Of a stretch of DNA of 64,000 bases, positions 1 through 11,646 are shown piece after piece. The DNA is from Massalongia carnosa. Its lineage: Eukaryota. The translations under genes were made by a program, and so were the position numbers. The first letter of the stretch is position 1. Each line of letters begins with the position of its first letter. A model generated the notes under the pieces. That model was not told the origin of the DNA and did not search any database. It saw nothing but the letters and a program-made list of their open reading frames with translations. Location: positions 248,001 through 312,000 of the forward strand of contig OZ287068.1 of assembly GCA_965645245.1 (NCBI GenBank). The letters run 5' to 3'.

Positions 1-879
1 AGAAGAAATTCATAAGCTCCCTACACCTTGGCCTTTTGAGGTGTATCGTAGTAGGATGGCATTTGAAATGTTGAATGAGGAAGAAGATGGGAAGAAAAAG
101 GGGAAGAAAAGGGGTAAGTTTTGGTGGGGGAGTTTCGGCTCACCTTGCCCTTTTTTTTTCACCCGGTGTTTGCTATAGCAAACAATCTGGTCAATAAGGT
201 CCTCGGGAGGACCCCCTCGAACTTCCTTCCTTCTAGATAGCATTAATATAACCACCTTTCAAAGCCTTCAGTCTGCCACTAAGCCTCCTGTAATCAAAGA
301 TCTAGTCGCTCGTTTTTTTTATCGCCGTAATCATGTCTTCTTTCTTGGAGTAGCAAGGCTTTTATCGGGTAGCCGGTGCTCAATGGACTTTTCCTCGTGC
401 GTGCCATTAAACTATGCGGTCGCAATATTCCAAATGACCCCCAAATGACCCCCTTCAATTAATTACAGTTCTTGGGGGTCATCGTGACAGCGCCAGAAGC
501 AAAATTACGTGTATATTACGGTAATTGACCCCCAAATAACCCCCAGGCAAGATGGGGGTTATTTGGGGGTCATATCAGTAATTTGCCGCTACAATAAACT
601 GCGGATGTACTGTCAAACTACACAACTCGTTTGAAGCTAGCTGGCAACAGTCGAATGTCCTTGTTAATTCCAATTGTCGAAAACTTGCTAAAACATAGCA
701 GAGACAGAGATAAGGAATCCATTCTCTCTAGCTAATGATAGGTATTTCATCCTTGTGCCTTTGTTTGAGAACATGCATTTTCACAGGACGATCAAAGCCA
801 GCATCTACATCTTTTCATAATTCGCCAACGAGTTTGAGACACGTTGACGATAAAACATATCCAAACCAATCCGTTCCAG

Positions 880-1600
880 ATATGTATTTTTTAGTGATTA
901 TATATTCCCACCTCTTCGGAACTGCTCTCTTTGCGACTTTTCCGTGATATGTATAGCACGATTTTTCTTTGTCGTATTACTACAGCTAAGCGACAACAAG
1001 TCTTCTCAATGTTCTTCTTCGGTGTGATTATTTACTTTCTCGTGTCGGCCTCGTATGTTTATCCTATTCTCCGGTCTCGTAGCTGATGGAGATCTTGCAG
1101 CTTCACGTTATTGCCAGCCACAGTGAAGAAGTGGCAGCATTCGGTAATCAACTAGACTACTTAGGGGTTGCATACCTAATGTCTGAGGATAGCAGATAGG
1201 TCTACTTACCGCTGCCTGTTCCTCTATCACTGTCTTCCTTATAGTCGTCATCCGAAATTTCGACCATATTAGGCAGTCATGTATTCTAGCCTTGGCCTTT
1301 CAGTGCTTATTATTATCACTCATAACTTAGTGATCTACGGCTGGAAGGTCCAAAACCGTAGAATGAGTCTTAACTGGATGGCACTGATAGCAGATTTCAA
1401 CTTCATAGGCGCCGCCGTTTATGCTGTTAGGGTAGGTCTCCACAGCTCGTCCTAAATAGTATCTTGACGAGTCTCAGGTTTCGGAAAGTTGGTATCCCCG
1501 AAGACATGACATCTATGGCAGTAGCCATCAGATACTCCATCTCTTGATAAGTTTCGCTGGCTTAACACATACGATTGGTCTTCTGATTAGGAAATGGTGA
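880..1600 (+). pseudogene. Degenerate PAQR/haemolysin-III (IZH-like) membrane receptor gene
   Basis: Hand translation gives IYSHLFG, HSEEVAAFGNQLDYLG, IYGWKVQNRRMSLNWM..IGAAVYAVR, a GT..AG intron (~1432-1477), then VSESWYPRRHDIYGSSHQILH, matching the PAQR PE.W.PG..D..G.SHQ..H motif. Stops and frameshifts occur upstream. Confidence 0.75.
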
Positions 1601-1899
1601 AACGTTGAGTCGCAATTAAAGTCTTTACGGGATATCTCTTGCTGCTATTGTTACAGTTACGGGATTTGTGATGCGAGATGAGGGATCAGTAAGTCTCTGA
1701 GCTTCTGCTTGCTTCGGTCAGTCTTTATTTCCTTTCGCTGTGAAGATCTGCTGATCTAGATCACAAAGAATCTGCCTACTTAGCAGCATTTAAATGAGGT
1801 ACGCACCTTCTCGAAAAGAAACACTGATGTGACCGTGATAAGGGGGAGCGTATAATAGCCCTTATAGATTTATCCAAAATCGCCTCTAGTAGCAAGCAC

Positions 1900-2900
1900 G
1901 AGGTTTTGTATCATGGATGAAGACTGAGACTGCAAATGAGGGAACATCTTCGACCACATAGCCAATAGAGAATCACCGATCCGCTCCAGAGCAAATCGGC
2001 GAACGACATAAGCAGAATCTGTACACCATGCTGATCCCTCGGCATCCTTTGCAGATTCCTGAGTAACAAAATAGAAAGCCAGATTTTGATAAGGTGGATC
2101 ATTCTTTGATACATTATAGAATAACTACTGCTGATCAGTCAAGACACCGAGGAAAGTGCACCCGAACCGAATAGACTAATGGCCTATAAGACAAGAAATT
2201 TAGGTCCAACATACCTGAGCCGGACATGCTAACATCAATTCCGGATCGAGGATAAGATGAGAGAGAATAACTCCGAGCGATTATAGTTCAACAATCATAT
2301 CAGCATTCAAAGCGACAATATAGTCAGCCTTTCCTCCTTCGATATCTTCAACATAACTTAATCCATGATTAAGATTACCTGCCTTGAAGTGATGTGGCAC
2401 GCCTTTTATCTTCTCTCTTGCCGTATAATATATGCTAGAAGTTTTAAAACTCAACAGCTGTATCTCTCACCGAACTGTCTCGAAGCCCTGATCATTCAGA
2501 ATGACGATACGCAACTTATTCCGAGGCCAATCAACTTCAGCGACAGCCTTAACTATATCAAGAATGATAGCAACTTCCTCGTCTGCACAGGCGATAAGAA
2601 CGTCGACCACGGGAGCACATTCTCCAATGACGCGTAATCTAGGTCTGTGACGACTTTTAATCGAGAAGCATTGTAGCAATTGTTCGAGCAGTACTGATAC
2701 TGTGATAATTCTGCATCAGCAGACATGTGTAGAAGTGATCCCGAGGGATATCAGAAGGCTACATGCCATCCCGATCTCAATGACAAGGAATATCCAGGCA
2801 GTTGGATATGCTATATGCCTAGCTCGTTGCGAATCAATCATGTATCTAATGCGAAAGACAAAGTACAGCTAATATGCAGCGATTGTAGAACATGAGGTGA
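1900..2900 (-). pseudogene. Degenerate family-2 glycosyltransferase (cellulose-synthase-like)
   Basis: ORF 2467-2679 reads PVVDVLIACADEE..IILDIVKAVAEVDWPRNKLRIVILND (GT2 N-terminal motif). Further down, fragments YIVALNADMI (eroded DxD) and LILDPELMLACPAQ are visible. Many stops; boundaries approximate. Confidence 0.65.
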
Positions 2901-5229
2901 GCGGTAATAACCCATGGAGTCGATCCCTCCAAGTGGGGACGTATCCAGTGTCGTCCTTGTATTCGTACTTTTCGACGACGTACGTTGATTCCACGCAAGG
3001 CTTCTCGATGCTTGTAGAGGTTTTAGACCGAGGAAATGCATCTTGCTAATACCTTAGGCATCTCGACCGTTCTTGAGAAGGTACATATATCATTGCTTTT
3101 CCGGACCTTGAGATTAGACTTTGGGGAGTACTAGCAGACGCCAACGTTGGGTCGCTCGACTCGTAATTTCTTGAACTAGACGATGAAGACTTATCCTCCA
3201 TCGAAGTATTGCCTAGAGATGTGCCCAGGATAGAAAGAAAATCATAGATAGGTTAGGCTTGTTTTGAAAACCCCAGAGATTAGAAATATTGAAAGTATTC
3301 AGGGAAAGATAAGAATTTGTCTACCTAGTTGCTATGTTCCTCTAAATGTGATCAAGAGAAAACGAGAGTGTTCTACAATACTTCGAGTTATATGTAGCTG
3401 TCATATTACACAAAAAGAAAAGGGCTTCTTATAATGTCAATATGAACAGCCGACATATTTCAGGGGTGAAGGAGTGACCGCTGCCCTAGAATAAAGATGG
3501 AAAATTTGACTGAAACCATCAAACACCAATAAGAGATGCGCCGGGATGTAGCGGATGTGATACTAGCATTCACTGTACATTCTCCATGTGACCTTGAGCC
3601 GGGATGACTTAGGAGCAGGCTTCATTCAATCAATGCACGTCATGACAGCACCAGAGGTTGTAATTGCTCTAGAATCTAAAAAAGATCAATAAATGACCCA
3701 TGTTCTCTGGCATGAAACCTTAGCTAAGCGTGGGGCTATTTTAGAGATGCTATTGTCTGGGTATAAGTTGTTGGTCTTCTTTAGGTAGTGATAGTCTACA
3801 ATTATCTATACATCCTGCAAAGGATGGGCCGAAATATAGACCTATGGACGCTCGACTGCGAAGAGAAGCAAAGAAAGCTTGAAAGTTGTATTGATAGTGA
3901 ATCATAGCATGTCGCTGAAGAGACTGTAACACAGCAGAGAGTTGAACATACTGACTCGTGAACCTTGCTTCGCGTTGTAGATACCTTAGAAACGTAAAGA
4001 CCAAAATAGATTTCGTTGTCCAAAAGAGATACTCTCGTGAACACGCAAGTATCTTGTCCTTTCCGGTGGCGTAATCTATATTCATTTCTTCGGTAGACTC
4101 ACATGTACGAAGTTTAGCAAACCTTTGCGCCTCGGCTTTTTCTCACCAGTGCCAACGAGGACTCGTGCCGTCAGGGTGTAACACACACATTGCCAGACAT
4201 CATTTTCGTGATTGCCACACCTGGGCCTAAAGGGTCTATGGTTGGGAGGAGGTAACGCAAATCTGATACGCTCGATCCCGGACCTGGAGTCGTGGGCCTT
4301 TGAGATGTTTTCCGCTCATAATCCGCGGAGTATAATCGGCTATCTCAAGTCGGTATGGACCATGACTGTCACATTTACAGGATTGCCAGGTAGGTAGAAG
4401 TGAGAAAAGAAATGTTTTACTTAGTTGCGACGAGAACCAGCCTGTGTCTAGTATATATACAAGCACACAAGGTACACGGCCTTTCGGATTAACGTCCCAG
4501 CTGACTAATAAGGTTAGAGGCAAGTTCCGTTCAACATTACGCCATCAACTGTGTATCAACAGTCAAAGGCTTCCAAATGGGAGATGACATCGATTGGTTC
4601 GAGGCTCTTTGGCCATGATATTGTTGGGAGAGATGGCTAAGTTGGCCTCACATGAGAATATGCATCCGACTTTCTTACAGATCTAATGACATCATACAAC
4701 ATTCACGAATAGGAATCGTTCTTCACGGACCTAGTTAGTCGCTAACGTCGACGTAGCTTCAGGAAAGCTCTAGGCTTCAACCCATCTCACCTCGATGTTC
4801 TCATCCACCTCTTGTGAAAGATGGTGTGCGTGGCAGAACGGGACGAATTGGTCTAAGAGGGTGCTCAGCCGAGCAATTCCTACAGCTCTCGGCTTTTAAA
4901 AGTGCAAGATGTAGTCCATACTAACTTTCATGTATGCATTGCATTTCCAAACACCATGAACACTTGTCACACCATCATATGATAATGGTCTTTCTTTATG
5001 TTGCCGTTGATCCACCGTCTTTTACTAAAGTAGTTACCACCATCCCATTTAAAGATGATGGATGATGAATGATGCAATGAAGATTTGTCATACGCAACGG
5101 AAGAGAACAGAATTACTTTCCCGGCATCGCGATTGAGAAATAGTCATTCAAATTATTTCATCTTCAAAGAGTCAACATTGCTGCCAGACTCTGCCTTTAC
5201 TTCGTCCATCTCTCGCCATTCCTCTAGTC

Positions 5230-6367
5230 ATGCTCTTAGTCAAGAATTTCCTCTACAACGCCATCTTCGTTGTCATCGCTTTGAGCCTGGCCGTGTCAAA
5301 GACGGCCGCGCAGTCCATCTTATGTGGCTAATATGAGTCGGTAGCTAGTCCCTCAGGACAGTGTATGACCAAGTCCAGAGTCTCGCGCTTCCAAGACCAC
5401 TAGACACCACCTAACAAGAATTCGTAGTTCAGAACAACGCCTGGGGCGCCGACGGTTCAGGATCCCAGGGCACGACCGTAAGTTTCCGTTACGGAACTCT
5501 TCAAAAGGGGCTTCTGAACTCTCCTAGGTGAAAGGTGGATAAGACGGAGCAGCGTTCTCGACCACATGGGTATGGGGCGCAAACAAAACCTATGCCTCGT
5601 AAACACAGGTGCATTCCTATCCCAACGTCAAGTCGAACTCATCTACCCTTCCCATTATGCTTTCCAACATCACAGTTCTCACCGTCAGCGCCAAATGGGC
5701 CATGTACCCGAGCGGGACGGGCAACGAAACCGGCTTTGACATTGAGGGACTTAAACTCCATTGGCGCAAAGGCCGACGTCGTCCTTGACTTTTCCTTCGA
5801 CCCCAATATCAAGCAATCCACAAACATCATGAACCCAAAATACGAAGTCATGGTCTGGTTCGCCGCTCTTGGAGCGATGATGCCCATAGGGGTACGGCCG
5901 GCAGTACCATTCTAGACGGCAAGAACTAGTAAGTCGCCGTGCTACCCAATAAAGCATCCCGATTTCTCACACATTCAATCATCAAACACAAACGCCCATC
6001 TAATCAACCCCTCTCTCCTCTTCTCAGCATCCTCTTCGCCGCCCTCAACAATCAAATCGGCTCAGAAGTCTTCAGCTTCGTCGCCCCCTTCAACCTAACC
6101 TCCTTTTCGCATCTCGACATCCTCCCGCTCTTTCGCTACCTAACAGACAACAACAAAATGCCCGCTTCTACCTACCTCAGCAACGCGCAGTTTGGTACCG
6201 AGACTTTCCACACGAACGGGAAGAACGTCACATTCGAGGCCAGCGGCGTCGACCTGACCATTCAGTCAGCGAAGGGGAAAAGCAGTCCAGCGTCACGGAA
6301 TGGATTCGGGTGGCGCTGGGTTCTGCTTCAAGGCGCGGTAGGGTGGACGCTGATGCTGCTTCTGTGA
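5230..6367 (+). pseudogene. Glycoside hydrolase family 12-like secreted gene with hydrophobic C-terminal tail, inactivated
   Basis: Signal-peptide-like start MLLVKNFLYNAIFVVIALSLAVS and LCG*YES. GH12 motifs QNNAWG, FSTTWVWG, VHSYPN, ADVVLDF, YEVMVW and AQFGTETF are present. It has in-frame TAA stops, a frameshift near 5750 and GT-AG introns. Confidence 0.75.
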
Positions 6368-7926
6368 GGTGGCACCTTAACCGTGGCAGGCTGTATGTTA
6401 GCAAACTGTCAATGCACTTTCTCATGATGTGGTTCAAGTTATTTTTTTGTGAGCATCACAACAACGATTACAATTCTCATTTCATTTTTCTCGAAAGAGG
6501 ATTTCAGTTGAAGACTCAGAAAGAATTTGAACGACAAAATCGCAGTGCATATGTTTATTGATACTTTATTTGATTGTTATATGAAAATATATTAGATGTA
6601 AGATTTGTGTCGAATGAAACTCGAGTTGTGATCGTAGTTGTCTGATAAGACTTCAAGAAAGCGTATTAACGGTATTGTCGATAGGTCAAGCCTCTCATGA
6701 AGAGTAGCGGTTACATCGAGACAAAGAAAGTCAAGAATCTGACATGAGAATTCTTCTGCTTTCACGATGGTTCAGATGTTGCATGTTTCATCGTGTGATA
6801 ACACTTACGATAATCGTCAAACAAAGCGACAAACAGATCTACCGTCAATAGGGATGTCTGAACTTGTTATGATCAATGCAATGTCCTGTTGTACACGAGG
6901 CACCATTTAGCTTCACGATGTAATCCCTGCGCTTCATGTGGTGAGAATGCGGATATTTACATAATCAATTTCAGATGCTTTGCGAAAGAATCAGTAAAGC
7001 GGCTATAACTGTGAGGATTACTATATAGGCATTGCAACTGCGGACCCCATAACAGCGAATAATCCAAGAAAGGCATATAACTGTTTAGGATTCATTTTCA
7101 CAATGAATCTAAGGATGTATGGCAGATTCGAACTCGATATAATAAACGATGCTTGAAGCCGATAGATATAACGATCAATGCGAACCGATGATCCCAAGTA
7201 TGATGAGGAAGCATCTAGTCTTTATATCTACTGTTGTTCGTCTTTTTTTTGTTACGCATTGGAATTTAATTAGTCTGAACTGGATGAGAATGATCTGCAA
7301 TATAAAGCTTTTTCGTCATCAAAATCTCGCTCGCTCGCTGACTGTGGCATCAGGCCCGAGTGATGGCGCAATTAACTTTCTTAACGAATAAACATTTTTA
7401 TCCCGCACAGTACGTTTACTTGATCTGTTTCAACGCAAAGAAAGTTAGACTCTAACGATTAAAAGTAGACGTGTTCATCAGAATGCGATCATGTCCGAGT
7501 TTAACCAGGAAAGTGTCATCCTTGTGTGACGTACATACGAGATTTCGGGATGGATTCTTACTGGTCAGAGCAACCTTTTACAGGGCGGACTTTGGGTTCG
7601 GGTGGCGCTGGATGGAATGGGCGATAATTAAAGCAGCATCAAAACAACGATTACAATTCTCCACCCATTTCTCTCTAAACCCCGCCATCCTATAAGTGAT
7701 TTCCCATCCCATCATTCCTTTATCAAAAAACCTTAAACCCTCTTGAATTATCCACCCCAATTCCCCCCCCTTGTCCCACTTCCCTAGACATCAACTTTGT
7801 TTGAATTATAGTTTCATCTCAATCGATACGCCGCGATATTCGTGCTTAGATCCTCGGGACCACGCCGTGCCACGTAACTAGTCTATCTGATTCTACCCCT
7901 ATCCTGTGCGTATGGTGCACGATCGA

Positions 7927-8421
7927 TGTCATGTCACCCCCCTATGATCAGGACTTTGCCCAAATATTAAAATAGCGATATAAGTAATTCGGCTAAGACG
8001 AAAGGTAATGCCGGGACCGAGTGGAGGCAGGCCGCGAAACAGCCGACGAAGGCTGAAGGCCGTGGATAGCCGAAGGACCGAGTGGAGGTAGGCCGCGAAC
8101 AGCCAACGAAGGCCGAAGGACAAAGGAGGATGATGTCCAAAATAGTTGGACAAGCAAGGGAGAGAAAGGGCATAAATAGGTGGCCTTTTGGCACTCTTCT
8201 CCTCATCATCACCATTGATTCGGAGTTCAGCACCAAAAGGTCTTTTGCCCACCCACCCACTCCCTGAATCAGCCGTATAGGTAGATGGAGTTTTTCCCCT
8301 CACTGCTGCCAAAAAAAAGCCATTATAGGAGGGCCCTCAGCAAAACTGAGCGCCAGCAGGGCAGCAGCGAGGGGAGAGTTGCCCAAATATAGATAGAAAT
8401 TATGTATATGTTCAGCTGACA
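7927..8421. mobile_element. Candidate solo LTR (~495 bp)
   Basis: TGTCA...TGACA termini, internal imperfect tandem repeats (ccgaaggaccgagtggagg-like) and a TATA-like cataaatagg. No clean 5-bp TSD could be resolved. Confidence 0.5.
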
Positions 8422-8619
8422 CGATGGAGCCCGCGAATTACCACAAGGTGATTCCGTTTCGCTAGTTGCTACTGTTCCCTGAGCATCTTTCAAAAACTCT
8501 TGAATCATGCGACGCGGTGAACACTCTAATCACCTGGGCTTCGACTTCAACCGCTTTTGGTTTGATTTCGAACCCGGCTGTTGCTCAACTCAACAACTTC
8601 TTCAACGAGAGTGTGACAA

Positions 8620-8724
8620 GTTTTACATCATTTGATGCCACGAAAGATGCTGTCGCGTCGCAGGCTTTCTTTTTCTAGTCTTATTTTCTTGGCTGAATTT
8701 CATTTCGAACGGTTTCGGCCAAAG
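8620..8724 (+). pseudogene. 5' exon of a conserved fungal hypothetical membrane-protein gene (continues at 34239)
   Basis: Reads AGFLFLVLFSWLNFISNGFGQ-AG|GTACTT donor and splices in phase to c-ATA-ATT-AGC at 34239. The exon's 5' boundary is approximate. Confidence 0.65.
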
Positions 8725-8757
8725 GTACTTCTCGAACTCAATATCATGCTCCGTTTC

Positions 8758-9079
8758 TGTTGGAACTGTGACTGCAACAGGCGGAATGGTAGCACTGGGT
8801 AATTGATATGACTAGTTCGACAAACGAGTTCTTGCACATGCAAAACAAACTGGGAGAAACGATTGACTTTCTACCACTACGTAGGGTAAAACTGCTCCTA
8901 TTTATGCCCGTCCACCAGCGATTCCAGAAGCTTCCATTTCCATCTCATCGGTTCCCTCTTCCGATGCGATTTCTGACTTCATACAAATTTGCCACCGCCA
9001 CAAGCCTTTCCTTGCCGAGGTAGATGCAAATTGCTTTGTCAGCTGGTTTCGATACTAGGCATCGGTTGCCGTTTTAACA
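8758..9079 (-). repeat. 3' LTR of Copia A (322 bp)
   Basis: Near-identical to the reverse complement of the Copia B LTRs; TG..CA ends. Confidence 0.93.
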
Positions 9080-9213
9080 CTCCCACTCCGAAAGTAGCTG
9101 ATGGACACCCTTTTAACTAAAAAGAAAGTGGTGACAAATGAAACCTCCATTGTGCATGTCCATTGGTCCTTTTATCCAATGAGACGCGGTAGCTGAAAAG
9201 CTAGCCTACCTTC

Positions 9214-11284
9214 CTACCATTCCCTTAGACCTAGCCTGCCTCGCATGTCATTGAAGGTTGCTGGGGTCAGTGGCTTGGTAAAGATGTCTGCGACCATCTC
9301 TTTGGTAGGTACATACTTTATGATAGCGGTTCCATCTTCGATGACCTCCCGAATGTAATGATATTGGACATCAATGTGCTTTGTCCAGCTGTGATGTTCG
9401 GGGTTTTTGATCAGGTCGTGGCTACCTTTGTTGTCTCCAGCCAGCACCATTGGTTCGGTAAGGACATCCTTGAACCTCAGTTCTTTTATCCAGCTGGTCG
9501 CCCAGACGATGTCCTTGCTTGCGTGACATAGGGCTACGTACTCAGCCTCAGTTGTGGAGGTCGATGTGGTTCGTTGTTTCTTGCTAGTCCACATGACCGC
9601 CCCGTTTCCCATCATCATTGTTGTGCCATAAGTGGATTTTCTATTCACTTTGTCGTCACCGTATGCTGCATCTGCATAGCATATTAGGGTGCTAAATGCA
9701 GTGTCAGACTCGTATATTAACGCTAGGTCAGCAGTTCCCTTCAGATAGCGGAGTACTCGATTTAATGCATTCATGTGTCGAGTAGTCGGATCATGACTGA
9801 ACTGGCTCAATTTTCCAACGGCGAAAGCGATATCAGGTCTAGTGCCGATCATAGCATACATAATACTACCGATCCGTTTCTAGTATGCCAGTTGATTGGC
9901 TCGCTCCTCTTCTGGCCGAGCAGGTGTTAGGGCTTCATACCCGTCAATTGGGGTCTGTACGGTCCGTGCTTCGTCCATTTGATATTCTTTCAGAAAATTC
10001 TCAATATATTGGGTCTAGTCAAGGGCCAATCGGTCGTCTTCCCTCCGGACACGAATGCCTAGGATTTGCTCAACTTGGCCTAGGTCCTTCATGTTATATT
10101 CCTTATGCAGTTGTTTCTTGACGGAGTTGATGGGCCCCATTGTCTTGGAGAAAATTAGCAGGTCCTCGACACAGTGATATTATGACGTTTGTTGGATGAT
10201 TGATGAAAACACAATTGTCGGCTGTTAATTGGCTGAAACCGATCGAAATCAAGAAGGTTCTTATTTTCTTATTCCAGATTCGACCGGATTGTTTCAGGCC
10301 ATATAGTCCTTTCAAAAGGCGTAGTACCATACCTTTTGGGGTGTCAGGGGGTAGGTCTAGTCCTTCAGGAATTTCCATGTAAACCTCTTCGTCCAAACTA
10401 CCTCGAAGATAGGCGTTTGGTACGTCCATTTGTTCAAAATGCAAACCGAAACGAATAGCCAATGAGAATAGCATGCGGAGTGACTCCATCCTTGGTGTAG
10501 GTGCAAAGGTTTCCTCATAGTCGAAACCATACACCTGGGTGAATCCTCGAGCGACTAGTCTTGCTTAAATCGGTCGATCAGGCCGGTGGGGGTGTATTTT
10601 ACCTTGAACACCCATTTGGAGGTGATTGCCCTTCGGCCGGATGGTAGTCGCACAATTTCCCATGTGCCGTTTGCTATTAGTGCACCTAGTTCATCTTTAA
10701 TGGATATTAACCACCAGCGTTTGTATTGACACTGAATGGCCTCCTGGAATGATTGGGGTTCAGATATTTTCTGAATTTTTTGAAGGTCCTTTGAACTGGT
10801 GATTGCTGAACGGCCCTGTTCTTTGTCAAAAGCATAACGGTCATACGGCTTAGTAGCCCGTGTGCTACGTCTAATTGGTTGTTCAATTTCCCTCCCTTTC
10901 GGTTTGGATTTTTGAACCGAGATTTTCCCATCACTTTTTGATTTTGGAGCACTGTTGCTCCGAGTTGCACCTGTTTTTGGTGCGTTTGGGAGCACGTCTA
11001 CTCTTTTGTCAGTGTTATTTGGGTCAGTCGTGGAGAAAACTTCTCTATCTCCCACTGCTCCGGAAACGTCTTCTCCGGGAGATTGTCCATGTGTTATTCT
11101 TCCTATAGGGCCAGATGAGGGACTGTGATGTGATTGGCTAGACTCGTTCTGGTCGGAGTTGTCTGAATCATCATCATTGCTCTGGTCAGACTCCCACTGT
11201 TCAGGCCTAGTGGGTGGTTTTAGAAGGGTACCTCCAGGTGTGTCTTCCAGAAATTTTACTGAGGTGTGCCATTCGATTCGTCGA
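9214..11284 (-). pseudogene. Copia A pol: RT and RNase H, frameshifted
   Basis: ORFs 10555-11313, 10103-10534 and 9214-9861 carry KWVFKVK, QMDVPNAYL, LYGLKQSGR, YADAAYG and KHIDVQYH. Confidence 0.92.
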
Positions 11285-11646
11285 TTGATTGATTGATTGA
11301 TTGATTCAAACACCGATCCAAGGGCCGAAGGCCCTTATGCGGGAGTGCTAAACTCCATCGGGGGGTGTCCCAGGGGATGGGTATCTAAGTCTGCTGAGGG
11401 CAGAATTGCTGCACTAAGCGCTGAAAGTACAAAAAATACAAAAACTCTTTTAGCTGTACAAGGGGTTGCGAATGCAAGGAAGAGGGAAAAGAAGACACGA
11501 ACAGAGGGACAAACCGCTTGAGACAAATCGATAAATAGAACTCCAACGCCACCCTCCTGGGCCCCTGTGCTTGGTGTTGATACATGCAAGCCCTACCATG
11601 GTAGAGACTATTCTGTGAGCGGGATAAAACAAGAGCCGGCCTGCCG

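Noticed and set aside
8020..8120. Spaced repeats that might suggest a CRISPR array
   Set aside because: Imperfect tandem units inside a candidate LTR, with no unique spacers or cas genes, in eukaryotic context.
8808..9023. Short MTSSTNEFLHMQ ORFs (also 28611-28850 and 33775-34014)
   Set aside because: These are antisense frames inside copies of the same Copia LTR; recurrence reflects the repeat, not a gene family.
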